From positions 2,792,001 to 2,856,000 of the forward strand of contig MU058009.1 in the NCBI GenBank assembly GCA_013265495.1: a stretch of 64,000 nt of DNA, written 5' to 3'. This document shows, in pieces, positions 38,682-51,900 of the stretch. The position numbers and the translations under genes were made by a program. Within the stretch, counting starts at the first letter, position 1. Each line of letters begins with the position of its first letter. Source of the DNA: Vicugna vicugna. Its lineage: Eukaryota. The notes below the pieces were generated by a model. It was not told the origin of the DNA. It was given only the letters and a program-made list of their open reading frames with translations, and made no database searches.

Positions 38682-41600
38682 TAGCCTCAGGGCTTAAGTT
38701 TGGGAGTGATCAGCAAGCAGAAGATACCTGTCGTCACGGGCACACATGAGACCACCCAGGAAGAGCGAGGAGAGCCCCGAGGATCTCTGCAAGTTAGGGG
38801 TGACCAGAGGCAGGATCTGCAAAGGAGACCAGAGAGAGGAAGGTCTGCAGGACTTAGCACAAGGTCATTGATGGCCTTGGCAAGGCTGTCCCGTGGGCAG
38901 CTGGAGAGAGCTGGCTTGTTAAGGGGTGAGGAGGATGGAAGGAGCAGAGAGGGACTTGAGGAGGTGTAAATATATTGGTTGTAAGATTGGAAAAAAACTT
39001 GATCCTTTTTTTTCTCATTTGTTAAGTGCCTGCTGTATGACAGGCTCCAGGCCAGACTTGAGTGGTGCAGGGGGACACAGGTGTGGCCAGGGCCTCGCGG
39101 AGTGTGTGGTCCTGCAGTGAAGACAGGAGGGAACTGCCTGTGTGCTGAGTGTCTGAAAAGCAAAGTGCACAACACCATGGGGGTGTTTAACCTAATCCGA
39201 GGGTTTCTTTGACGAAGTGACCGTGAACCTGGGACTTTATGAAGAAGGAGGAGTTTGTTGAAGTCGGGAGAGGAGGAAAAGGAAGAGGGACATTTTGGGG
39301 AGAGAAAAGAATATATACAAGCCGAGGACCTTGAAAGGTGGAATCTAGAAGGGACTGATTCTGATGGGAGGGAAATTCCTTAACACGTAACAGAAACAGG
39401 AAAAGAGGATGGATTTTAAAAGGCTAGCTATACAGGTGAGACCTTAGGGTCCGTGGCAAGAAACAGCCTTCTTGTGTGACGACCTTCATTCTCTTGTGGG
39501 GCAGGGTTTTTGTTTTTTTTTTAATTCCCATCCCTTTTCTGAGATCTAGTACATTTGGAGGCTAGAAAAACTGAAGGGGTCTTTGGTAACATAACTCAAG
39601 CTGGAGAGGAGGGGGACATTCTTTCAGCATCACAACTCACCAGGGACAGCCGAGCAGGAAGCCGAGGTTGGCGTGGTGGAAAGTCTGCTGTCCTTGGTTC
39701 TGTCCTCATGCAGACTTCTCCACCTTCCCTCCCTCTACCCCGAGATCTGAGGGTCCCGCTCCACCCAGCAGTGAAAGCAGACACAGTGGAACGGCTGAGA
39801 AATCATGGCAGGGAGCAAGCCCAAGGAAAGGCATTACTCTGGGTGGCTGAGGATGACGGGGCAGGAAGCTGAGCCACGGGGGCTCCTGGATGCCCCAACC
39901 CTATGTGCTGTGCCCTGGGGGACCTGGGAGATTAAAGGTCGAGAAATCATCGTCTGAATCTTCACTCTCCTATGGGCTTGACAGCAGTTGAATTCTGCCT
40001 CTTATCTAAAATAAGGTAGAATCAGAATCTGGTGTTCCTCTGGATTTGTGTCTGTAACTGGACCAGCCAGCAGTGAGACGGTGTCCCCTCTCTCCTTCTG
40101 TCCCGGGAGAGGCAGTGTTGGGCTCTGCTTTGGAGGAGGAGGAGGCAAGGTCTTCCTCTCGTGGCAGGATCATGAGTTTGAGAGGAGAGCGGAGAAAGCG
40201 GAGGACGATTTTGCAGAGCAGCAGCCATAGAGCTGACTAGGGAAGCCTGCTCAGGCTGCCCGTCAGAGTTTCCACTGGAAGTGCTGACTTCACAGTGGCT
40301 CCCGTGGGCTCGGAGCCGGGGCCTGGTTGTCAGCACAGTGGGGATGAGCCTGAGGCAGAGGGCGGCGGGGGCTGGGTGGGCTTGCTGTGGGGCACCAGGT
40401 GGGGCAGGGAAGTTGGGAATGTTGGCAAGATCGAGTTGGCAAGTTCATGCTGGAACGCAGACTCTAAGCAGCACGAGGAGAGAAGAAAGACAGACAGAGG
40501 ACAGAGAAAGGGGGACACATGTATGTGCGGGCAGTCAAGGACCTGAAGTTCCCTAGAATAAGTGTAAGGGGAGCAGTGAGAGGTCTGGAAGGATGAGAAC
40601 TTGTGGCTGGGGAGCAGGATGTTTAAATCTATGACCTCAGAGGTGGAGAAGTTCTAAGTAACGAGCAAGTTCAGGATGTGGCCTTGGGAGGCCTGCACTG
40701 GCCCTCGTCATCGCCGAGACCCTCTCTCTGATCCAACATGCACACCGCTTTCCTCTGTCCTTTCAGCCTCTGACGCACCTCCCGTCTCAGCTAACCTTTT
40801 CCCACTTTCTGGTCCAGCAAGAGGAACTCACAGCCTCTTTTCTTGCTTCCGGAGGAATTTATTCCACATGTGTCTGATTCATTTGCGTTTACAGAAACTC
40901 AAAATCTCCTGTGTCCAAAAACCCTTTCAACTATTATTTTCTTCCCTTTCTTAGAAACAGGAAGTTGTGTTTGGCTGAGGACAAGCTCTTCCAGTGCCCC
41001 TGGGACTTACAAGATGTTTGGAATGAGGAACGGTGAGGACTGGGGAAGACTCTGCCGCGCCCTCCTTTCCTGGGGCTGTTGTGTATCTGCCAGGGGTAGG
41101 CTGGGCAGCTCGTGGGGATGGACAACTAGCCAGAACTTTCCTGTCTCTCGTTGCTGAGCCCAAGGCCTGAGGGAAAGTATGTCCTAAGAGACAGGTGGGT
41201 TTGGAGGCTCCTGTGTTCCTCCAGCACTGGCGTCACAGCTCAGGATCTGCTGGTGCACGGGGTTTCATCTTTTTCTTCCCAACACTTGAGCGGAGTCTAG
41301 TTTTGGGGGTGTGGACTGGCTGATACTCAGTTTTACGCAGAGAAGTCCCGCTCCCTCCCCAGCGGAATATGAGAGAAGTTTCCCTCTCTGAAGAGGCGGG
41401 AACCCGGCTGGAATGGGGCACACCTGTTTGGCTAAGTCTGGCTGCGCTGTTGGGAAGTGTTAACCTAGAAAGCAGACAGGTGCCTGGAGGGACCGACGTG
41501 GGGCCCATGAGGCAGGGCAGCAGCAGGGTCACACCCAACCGCCCTGCTCGCTCAGGGCTCCAACCTCTAGGGCCCCTCGCGTGTTATTTTGTTCTGTTCA

Positions 41601-44386
41601 GTTTTTTCATATGTAAGGTTGATCTGACCACACTGCGTCTCCAGTGCTTTCCTGGATTGAACCAGCAAGAATGTTAGCTTAGGTTGGTGCCCTCTTTCTC
41701 TGACATGTCCTGTGGGCAGCTTTCTTGAAGGACCACGGGGAAATGTGCTGTGCTAGGAGAGACCTCTCTCAGAAGGACACATTGTCCTGCAGCCGAGGGC
41801 CACCACGGGCCAGTGAACCCCTGGTTACCTTCCTCCAGGGCAGGGGTGCTGTGGCATCTCCCCCTCCCCTGCTGTCACACTAGGACCCAGGGGCAATGCC
41901 TGCTCAGGGCCGTGGGGTGGCAAGGGTCTGAAGGACGGTGGAATCAGGGGTGGGGGATGCTGCGGGGGTAGACGTCTCTCCGCTCGGCACAGCGCAGAGC
42001 CGGGGTGAAGAAGGACAGGCGTCAGGACGGTGGTTCAGCCTTGCCTCAGTGCTGCCCGCGCAGCCTTCCCCGCGCTCACCCTGTCCTGTGTTTGACTGTG
42101 GCCGTGTATTCAGTAATTAAGTTCCACTCACCCTAGAGGCAAAAGGAAGTGATGAGGCTGTGGCCGCAGAAATCTGGAAATCCAACGATAGCACTACGTC
42201 TGATCCGCTCTGGTAAATTCCGCATTTCTGTCCACCCTGAGAGACAGACCACTCCCAATTCCCCAGCAGCCACAGGGAGACCCCCGCTTCCCCCCGGGGG
42301 AGGGGCGCTTGGAGGCCCGAGAGGCACAGCTGGTGGGGCAGAGGTCGCTGTGTGCTCTGCAGCCTCTTTCCCAGCGACCAGGGGGACTTGGGCACTGAAG
42401 GCCTTGGGCCATGTGTGAAGGCCTGGCACCCGGCACCGCCTTGCGGCTCCCAGACCCGCGAAGGCAGTCGCGACAAGGCCGTTCTCTCCGTTTGCCTGGA
42501 CCACGTGTTGCATATATCAAGACAAAGCAAAGCCAACATACTCTTAGGACCCTTCCTATTGTACCTGTCTTTTTTTTTTTTTTTTATCCCTTGGTGGTGG
42601 TGGGAGGGTGGGGGAAGGTTTGGAGAAAATGAAGAGGGATCCACCAGAGGAAAGCAAGAAGAACTGCGTGTTTGGACGCGGGTGAGGAGGACGGTCCGGA
42701 GGAAGAGGCCCACTTGGTTGCAACGCCCAAGCACCGAGAGCCTAAAGCCTAGTGGGCGTCATCAGCGAGCAAGGGGCGGGGCTGGTGGGAGGACCGCCCC
42801 CCCCCAGGGAAAAACGTCCCCAGGAGAGAGGGGTGGTGGGCTAAGGTGGCTCAGGGAACAGTAACGTGGCGTACTTTAGTAAGTTAACAAGTCCTCCAGT
42901 CAGCTACAGGGAGATAAAGGGCAGAGAATAAACCCCAGACAGGGACTCACTTGTCTTAAGGATGGAAGGCTGGAAATGAACTTTGATGCTAATGTACCAC
43001 CTTTGAAATATTTCTGGCTGGAGCTCGGAGGACGCAGATAAATTACCAAGTTACCTGCCGAGCCAGGGCCCTGGGGACCTCCACGAGGAGGCACCAGTGC
43101 TATTTCTGTTGGGAACCCGAGCTCGAAGATGCGGACAGCCAGCAGAGGAACTGCAGTCTTCCCTTCTCTGGGCTGGAGGGGTGGTCGTGCTTGGCCAGGG
43201 GAAATGACAGCATGATCTCTCTCTACGGATCTGTTTTCTGCGTCCCCGAGCTGCAGCTGTTGGATTTCCAGACACAAACAAGCATGTATTCTGTGAGCCT
43301 CGCCGGGCCCACACAGCAAGGAAGAGCCAAGCCGGATTCCTTTCTGCTTTGCACATCAGCAGCTCTGCTGCCAGCTGAACTCCAGGGCAGACTGTGTGCC
43401 TGGTGAAGATGCGGGCAGTGGGGGTGGCACAGCTGGACTGGTGTGAGCAACTGCTGGGGGCACACTTGGCCTTGATCATTTGGGGGAGAATAAGAAAAGG
43501 AAGGAGACGAAGAGTTGCAGAAACACACACCGATCAGTCTCGACAAAACTGGTGCACAGCAGGGAAGAGTCTGGTGTAGGACATGCCTGTGTGCGTGCTT
43601 GTTTAGGCTTCGGTAAGCCTGGCCTCCCGGTTGCTGACGAACCGGCTGGGAAAAGCAGGCCACTGTGCAGACTGCACGCCAGCCGAGGGAACGGGAGGGG
43701 CTGGAAGCCCGTTTGCCCTACTCGTGCCCCAGCGGCCCAAGTCCTCCCAGCGGGCACCTCACTGTATCACACAAGGGCTCCATGTAGCATCCTGTCTGTC
43801 CAGGCCACTTTCTGCTTGAAGGGGTCTTGAGAGAAAGCTAAGCGGAGGGAGGGGGTGGGGCGGTCAAAGTTGATGGGAAAAGCGAAGATGCAAATTTAGA
43901 TACTTCCCTCTTTTCACTAGAATGTCATTTCCTGATGTTATCTGTTCCTTCTAACCCACCAGGACCAAGGACTAAGCTCCCTCTACACCAGACCATATGG
44001 AGGACGGGCCAGGGGCTTCCTCTGAGCTTGGAAGAGCTGAGGTGATACGGAGGGAAGACAGGGTTTTGGTGGCTCGGGGAGGTTTCAGGTGGCTGCTGGG
44101 GAAGGCCATTCTGTGTCAAAGGGCTGACTGGGACAGTTGCAGTTTGCTTGGGTCAAAGGAGCTGTGAGATGGGGGTGAAGTCTGGCGCGGAGACAAGGGG
44201 CTGAGGTCACTGGGATGATGTTACGTAGAAACAGGTGCAGCATTCCTCAGATGCTAAGAGAATCTTGTATCTCCGGCTGGTCGGTATGTAAAGTGAGGAT
44301 GGGGACACATGCAGAGTGGAAGGAAAAAGGAACTCGGAGGCATCGCAGGACCACTGTTACCCTCAAGCTGGAAGTTTCCACCAGAG

Positions 44387-44570
44387 CAGAGGTTCTCAAA
44401 GTGTGGTCCGCAAACCAGCAGCTTCCGTGTCGCCTAGGAACTTGTTAGAAATACGGGTTCTCGGGCCCCTGATCCACTGAATCCGAAACTCTTGGGGTGG
44501 GGCCCAGCCATCTGTGTTTCAAGCAGCCCTCTGGATGACCCTACTGCCCACTAAAGTTTGAGAACTGCTG
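44387..44570. mobile_element. MER5A (hAT-Charlie)
   Basis: TIRs cagaggttctcaaagt...aaagtttgagaactgctg; internal ggaacttgttagaaat, ggggtggggcccagccatctgtgttt. Confidence 0.85.
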
Positions 44571-44782
44571 GTTTAGATTTTGCAGAGGAGAATTGCCTGA
44601 CTGAGCTAGATTCAGCAGAACCGGGGGGAAGGCCTCCGAGGCGCAGGCAAGGTGCCAGCTTCCCTGTGTATGCTCAGGGTGGGCTGACCTGTTTGTAGCC
44701 TCTGTCCTTGGCCCTGGGTCCCCTGCCCTTTCCAAAGAAATACTGAGCCAGATCAGATGACTACATTGGCACAAGATCACAC

Positions 44783-45003
44783 TTTAGTTTAGAGACACAT
44801 TTGCATAAATACTTGAAATGGGTCCACCCTGCAGGTGGGAGCCCGAGAACACGGCTCTCCACAGCCCTGCAGTTCGCGGCCCCCCAGGCGATGGATTTAA
44901 TAATGAAGAGGGTCCCGGTCATTTCTGAGGACACTCACGGTCCACCCCCACCCCACGACTCTCCTTTACGTAATTTTTTCCCCTCTGAGGTAGCTTATTT
45001 ATT
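44783..45003 (-). terminator. Candidate ADAMTS8 polyadenylation signals: AATAAA (45003-44998), ATTAAA (44901-44896), ACTAAA (44788-44783)
   Basis: Hexamers read on the minus strand ~330-550 nt downstream of the stop codon; the one actually used cannot be determined from sequence. Confidence 0.55.
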
Positions 45004-45331
45004 GGGGGAACCAAGTAGAAAAAAATGTTTTCATTTAACTTCGCTAGTCCTTTGCAGACAGGCTGACCACGCCTCTGGTTTGGGTCATAAGTGTGCTCTT
45101 TACCTTTTTACCTCTGCCCTCTGCTTGAACCCAAGCAAGGTCCAATCCATGAGATAGTAGACTGAGCGTCTGTTGTCTGTCTCCTCTCCCCTCCAGCCCA
45201 ACCAGAGGGGCTGTGGCAGTGAGGGGCCTGGGTAGGCCATGCCACCTCCAGAGGTGGGGTCACTGTAGCACGGCCCTGGTCTGCACCCCACGCCCTGAGT
45301 GCATGAGCACAAGCCTGGCCCACCCGCTGGG

Positions 45332-45902
45332 TCACGGGGAGCACGGCTGGCTCCCGCAGGGCTTGGCATCCTCAGGCTTCAGAGCCTCGTCGCAGGTGGC
45401 GGAGGCCTGGCCGCTGGGGTCCAGGCACTCCACGGTCCGCCGCTGCCAGCCAGCTCCGCAGCTGCTGGAGCACTCAGACCAGTCTCCCAGCACCCACTGC
45501 ACGTTGAGCAGGGGCTGGATGACGTTGGTGGTTGTCCTCTCCTTGCCGCCCTGGATGCTGAAGTTCACGTCGTTTGGGACGTAGAAGGTGTATTTGACTC
45601 TGGGGGGAAAGACCTCCCCGGGGACTGTCAGGAGCTGCACGGTCAGAGGCTCGGGCAGGGGCTGGAAGCTCTGCAGCCGCTCCAGGGTGGCAATGGAACC
45701 GCTGTACTTGAGGATGGTCCCCTTCACCAAGATGTCCTGTTCGATGGCGGAGATGGCCAGGTTCCCATTGAGCAGGTACTGCCCGTCGGCAGTCTTCAAG
45801 GCCAGGTAGTTGCCGTCGTTCTGGACCCCTGGGCGGCTCCACTGTTTCACGTCAATGTTTGTGGCACCAGCGGGGATGGTGACGATGTCATTGTAGCCAT
45901 AT
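45332..45902 (-). CDS. ADAMTS8: ADAMTS8 exon 9 coding part (spacer domain and C-terminal TSR)
   Basis: Acceptor [24 protein letters not shown]...NYLALK...[24 protein letters not shown]...CGSQPCSP, then TGA; 571 nt. Confidence 0.95.
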
Positions 45903-48900
45903 CTATGAGAGGAACAGAAAGATATCCTTAGGACCGGCAGCTCCCCAGCCCCGTGCTCAGGAAGTTAGCCCGCAGTGACTGGGGTGGGCAGACCAGAACC
46001 ACGAGCAAATAAGGAAGCAGCCGCCCCAGAGTTCCAAATAAATTAGCGGCTGAGGCCAACAGGAATGCTTTATATGCTGGGATTTTCAAGGGTTTTTGTT
46101 TTGCCTGGCAGCTCTCTTTCAAATGTTTGGAGTCTGGATCTTGACAATAGCTCAGAGGAGAAGGCAGCCTGGAGGGGTGTGAAGGCTGCATCCTTGCTGC
46201 CAAACCTGGGCTCTTGGCTCAAACAAGACTGCGGACACATGTAGCACCTGGTACTGATATAAACTTCACTTGGCCACGTTCATCCCAGAGCTGAAATCCA
46301 TGTGGAAAAATCTGCCCCACCCGCCCTTTCCAGAATCTGACCAGATGGGCGCCTCGCTCCAGCTCTTACAGTTGATCAGCCCCTGGTGTTTGGCTAACGT
46401 GGCTCTCAGCAGGGATCTGGGCGACACGGCTGCCTTGGGTGTGCCTAGCCCCGTGAGCTGGGGTGCTGGTGGGGACAGTGTTTCAGCTTTGCTGTAGGCC
46501 CAGGGCTTTATGTTGGATGGAGAAACCTTAGTTCTTCTTTTCTCCTGGGGTAAAAGCATTTGGGTTTCACAGGCTGGGAAGAAAGCGAAGAGGACTGAGG
46601 AAGCCCGTAACTGGCTGTCTGCTGTTCCCGCCTCACGCCCAGCTGGGGCCAGCCGCTTGGTCTGGGGCAGCTGTGAAAGCACCCGGGGCCCATGTGTCTC
46701 ATGCCTAAGAGCCCCAGTGTCTGACTCTCCCACACCCCATGCTGCTTTCTTCTGTGTCTGTTGAGTTTAAATTTGAAAAGACTCCCGAGTTGCCTCCTGT
46801 GGACTGATGCTGTTCTCTGAGCCGGACGCGAGCGAGAGAGACAGCAAGGAGCGCAGTGCGGCTGCCTGACCTGACGCAGCCCTGCCCTCCCTCTCTGGGG
46901 GGGTCTCCCTCTCCAGTGGAGTCGCTCTCTCCGGGGGAGTGGTGTGCAGGGGCGGGGAAAGTAGCCCAGGAGTGGAGAAACCTAGGTTCTCTTCTGGCTG
47001 ACATCACCTATCGCTGTGACCTGAGAGGAGTGACATGATGTCTTTATGCCTTAGTTTCTTCATCTGTAAATGGGGGATAAGGCTCTTGGCCTTGATAGAC
47101 TGTTTTTAGGAATCAACCAAGGCCACAGAAGTGAAAACCTGTAAATAAATACCAGGGGCTTTATGAACGTGTGGCTTTAAGGTGTGGAAAGGCATCTGGA
47201 GTGCTCAGATTCATGAAGCCCTGAGGCTGCCAGGGTCCTCCTCCCTCCCCCTCTTCCCTGAGTCACCTGCAGGAAGGACAGGACTCCCCTGGTGTGGGGT
47301 GAAAGGTCCTTCCCAAAACAAGCCTGGAGTTGCTGCTTTCTGGCAAAGATCTTGGAGACTCAGTGCAGCCCCATTGCTGATTGACTCAGAGATGATACAT
47401 CCTGCCCATGTGGCCTCCGGCCGCCCTGTGAGCCACCCTCTCTGTGGGCCAGACCCTGAGCCAAGTGTTCTGCCCATCTCGTGACTCCTTACGATGACTC
47501 TGAGATGGAGAGGATGCTGGTGTTTTATAAAGAAACTGAAGCTCAGTACTCCACAGGTCTGGAGTAGCAACTACAATTCAACTTAGGCCCCCATGACTCC
47601 AGAGCCCAGTCTGCTGTTGCAGCTGGGGACAGATCTCCTGGGGAGACCCACCTGGAGGGGTTGAAGAAACCGGAGACCTTCCTGCACGAGTTTCCTTCGC
47701 CCCCGCACACCCCACATCTGTCCAGCTTCCTAGGCGAGCCCAGCACGTGGTCACAGCCAGCCTTGACACACTGGCCACGGACACAGATGGCCAGGGTCTC
47801 TGGCCCACACAGGGTGCCATCGATCACCTGCATCAAGGGAAGGGGAGAGGGAGGTCAGGGAGGGTGTGGTGATACCAACGCAGCCCTCCTGTCGGCTCCT
47901 GCCAGGTGGCCTTCCTCCCCACCTGTGGACCTGGGTTCCAGTGGGAACCTCACCTTGGCCTCGAACACTTTGAACTCACTCCGACCCCGGGCCCGGCAGA
48001 ACAGCTTGCAGCGGTCTTGGGGGGACACCCCCGCGTACTTGGGGACCCACTGCAGGAGGTTCCCGTCCATGTCCGTGTAATTGTAGGCATTGTACTTCTC
48101 ACACTGCTGTTCCCTGAAGCTCTTCCCTAACAAAGAGCATGAGAAGGCATGGAGTTAACACGCTGAGCTGCAGCTGGGAGGACCCCCTGGAGAAGGGCCG
48201 GGGTCCTGGGCACTTTTCTTCCTCCTGGACTTGACGCAGCCCCAGGACACAGGACCAGTATCACCTGGCCCAACTTCCCTAAACACCGACCTCGCCCCAC
48301 CTAGCGTGGCCCTTACTCATGGGGCAAAGAGAGGAGCAGCCAGCCTCAGCTGGGCTTCTGGGGAAAAGAGCCTTCCTGTATGGGAGGAGCTTCATTCTGC
48401 TTCACAGACGAATGAACTCAGGCAGGGACAGGGGACAACTCAGTAGGCTTTGAAGGCACGTGTTTTGGAGCCTCTGGTAATTGTGCTCTGTTGTGACATC
48501 CTTGGTGACATGGATGTGTGTCCAAAAGCTCCTGGGCCTACACGTCCGGTTCCGGTCCACTTGCTGTAATTCTGGGTGTCTGCGGGGACTCCACTTGTAG
48601 TACTGTAGCTGCCTCCAGCTCAGCCGGGCCCAGCTCCACATGGGTCCTCCATGGGCTGGTTTGATCTTCATTTGGTGACACTACCGCATTCCAGTCTGGG
48701 ACCGACACCCCAGTATCATGGAACGTTGGAGCATCTGCATCACTCTTTCTAACCCGGGGCTAAGCCTTACCCTCCATCAGGACAACCTATGATCTTAAAT
48801 GTCTCCATCCCACTCTCACCACCCCAGTCCCCCTCTCACAGGCCCAGGCCTTGTGGTTTCCTGTAAGACTTAGTGCCCAGCCTCCAGAACAATCCGTCTG

Positions 48901-51900
48901 AAGTAAGACCTGGGTTTTTCTTTTTCACAGTCCTGAAGTTCAACCTGCACTTACTACTGAGTTTCTCCACCCCAGCTGTACATCTGCCTGACCTGTGCAG
49001 ACTTCAGATCACAGACGGCCACGGCCTCCCCCTGAGATTCTGAGGTAGGACATCTGAGGGGCCTGGGCCTGCGTGGAAGCTTCCCAGGGGACCTGAGGGG
49101 ACAGCGGGCGTAGAGAGCCTCCAGATGCTATTTTAGCCTTCATGCACCTTTGACTGGCCTGGAAATGCTGCTACACTCAGCCTGACTCTGTCTGGGAGAA
49201 TCAGTGCCCCTCAAACCTCCCCTCAAGTCGGCACCATCTCAGTCCTCCAGCCCCTGCTCAGCCCTGACTCCCTGAGAAGCTTCTGACAAGTCCAGGCTTC
49301 TCCTGGCTCCGGATGCCCTGTAAGTCTGGGGTCTGTGCCTCACAGGTTGAGCTTTAATGGCTTTGTGAAAGGGGTCCACGTGTTCCTGAGAACAAAGAAC
49401 ACGCTATTTATGTCATTATAATACCCATTACAGTTCTAGCCACACAATAGGCACTAAAAACACACTTATTGATCGAGATGGCTGACTCTGTCCATGTCTG
49501 CCTCGTACTTTATATTCATCCCATCCCCTTTCTCTCTCTCTCTCTCATTCTCTCGCTCCCCACCCCCCTGTGAATACTTCTCTCGTATGCCAGGCAGACT
49601 CTCCCAATTTCAGCGCGAAGTTTCTAGAGCCTCGTGCCATTACTGATTCTCCTTGTCTTGCAAAACTGCAGAGCCTCCAGATTCCCTCATTAGCACCATC
49701 CCAGCGCCAGCGCCTCTGCGCTTGGGTGAGTCTCTGAAAGCGCTGCTTGTCAGTTGCTGCCTGCCAACACTTCCTGGAGATGGAAGGGATGGTGGGGAGA
49801 AGACTGCCACTGATCCCCTCCCTTCGGGTCTCTGCCTCTGAGTTAACGCCTGTGCTTTCCAGCAGGCACTGGGGTGGAATGTGCCGGGGTGGGGGGGCGG
49901 GGGCTGCTTCCCAGGAAGGTTCTGTCAGGCAGCTGCCACAGCTCCAGGGGAAGGTGGGCAACTCTTCTCAGAAAGAATGCATACTAGAATCAGATTCAGA
50001 AATCTTACCTCTGCCGTGGGCTGAACGTTGGCTGGAAAGACGTTGGAGGTTTGGCTCTGACACTTGCTTTGGAAAACGCTTCCATTCTCCATACAGACAG
50101 GGCTCAGACGCCTCCAGGAGGAGTTTTATCCTAGGCCAGCCCCTCTGCAAAGCCCTCCCCCACCCCAACCGAACAAGTCTGGTTGGGACAGACATCCCCA
50201 TCTCTGCATCTGGGAAGACAGGGTGGTTTCTCTCCTTGACTTTGCCAGGCTCTCCCAGCACAGGGTGAGCTGTCCTGGGTCGCTACGGGCTGCCCTGAAG
50301 CTCGGTGCCTTGCAGAGCCGGTTTATGCCTGTATCCCGGGAAAGCCGGCCCCAGGAGACCGCCCACCCCTCTGGGGCTGTGCTGCGGGGCCACAGCCGCT
50401 GCTCCGGCACTTACCGTCGGGGGGGCACTCCTCCGTGCGGCATGACTGGTACTTGGTTCTCCGACCCAGGCAGTATCTCCCTCCATTCTGAGGCTCCGGG
50501 TTCTTGCACTCACGGTGTGAAAACTGCACCCCTCCTCCGCAGGTCCTTGAACATTCTCCCCAGGGTCCCCATGGGGCCCAGCCTCCGTCCACCACGATCT
50601 GCAACACACAAGGCCACACTGGGTCTGGAGCAGAGGGGAGGAGGCCTCAGCCTTGGTGTGACCTCACCTAGTTAACGCTCGTCCTGGTGCACAGAGTTCG
50701 GTAAACTGCCCAAATCATTTGCACAATGACCACGTGGCCTGCGTGGTTGCAGCTTCGTGAACACAGAGGCTGCCCTGGCCTTGCCCGCTGCTGACCCCCT
50801 GCCCTCCCTCGCTGCTGACCCCCTGCCCTCCCTGTGCCTTGCCCTTTGCAAGGTGCTCAATAGTAGTTGTTGAATGAACACTTCGATGGGAATAAGGCTG
50901 GCTCCAATGCAGTGGTTCTCCATCAGGGCCACTTTTGTCCTCCGGGGACACTTGGCAATGTCTAGAGGCACTGTGGTTGTCACAACTAGGGAGGGTGTGT
51001 GCTGCTGGCCTCGCATGGGTAGAGGAGAGGGTGCTGCTAAACATCCAGCACAAACCAGACAGCCCCCGTACCCAGGACGTATGCAGCCTAAATGTCGCCA
51101 GTGCTGAGGCTGAGAAGTTCTGATCTAAAGGAATAATCGCTGGGAGGTGTTGCTATGTCTACCAGCTACCAGTTCCAGTGGGAGGATGGTGCCCTGGAAA
51201 CTGAGAGATGCTTCCAGTTTTACCACTGACCCTGAGAACAAGGCGTTGCCCTTGGTGGGTTCATGGAATTTTCAACATGAAAATAATTTTTAAAGAGTTA
51301 CAGAAGTCATATGTGCTCATATGAAAAATGAAAAATACAGAGAAGCTTAAAAAATACCACTACCCCAAAATTTTTTTTAAAAAAGTGGGGTGGGTATAGC
51401 TCAGTAGTAGAGTGCATGCTTAGCATGCATGAGGTCCTAGGTTCAATCCCCAGTACCTCTGTTAAAAAAAATTTTTTTTTAAAGTACCGCTACCCAGATG
51501 AACCCACTGACATGATTTTTATCAACATCCTTTTGTACCTTTGTGCTCTCTAATCATAAAGATGCCATGGTTTTATTTTACACAGATATGATTCTGTCAC
51601 ATATATATATATATGTGTATATATATATGTATATATATATATATATATATAGTATTTTATGATCTATCTTTTCCCCTTAAAAGTAGGTGATAAACATCAT
51701 CCTGTGATCATTTTATGTCCACCTTTCCCTGTGTTGAGCTTGGCTCTGGTGCTGGGGAGCATTAGCGGGGCCCCCTCCCAGCCTCCCCTCTCAGCAGCGT
51801 GTGAAGCACCTGCTGCAGGACAGGGCTGGCACCTGGAAGAGCAGCTGAGTGTCGGGATGGAGGGCTGGGAGTCACGTCCTGGCTTAGGCTCGGAAGGGGC

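Noticed and set aside
42117..42864. 205-aa and 170-aa ORFs downstream of ADAMTS8
   Set aside because: They span a poly-T run, overlap on both strands and show no family resemblance; expected in GC-rich DNA.
45299..45931. 210-aa + strand ORF
   Set aside because: Antisense shadow of exon 9.
51387..51462. Functional tRNA-Ala(AGC) gene
   Set aside because: Altered 5' end and stem substitutions, an A-tail and flanking direct repeats indicate a SINE copy.
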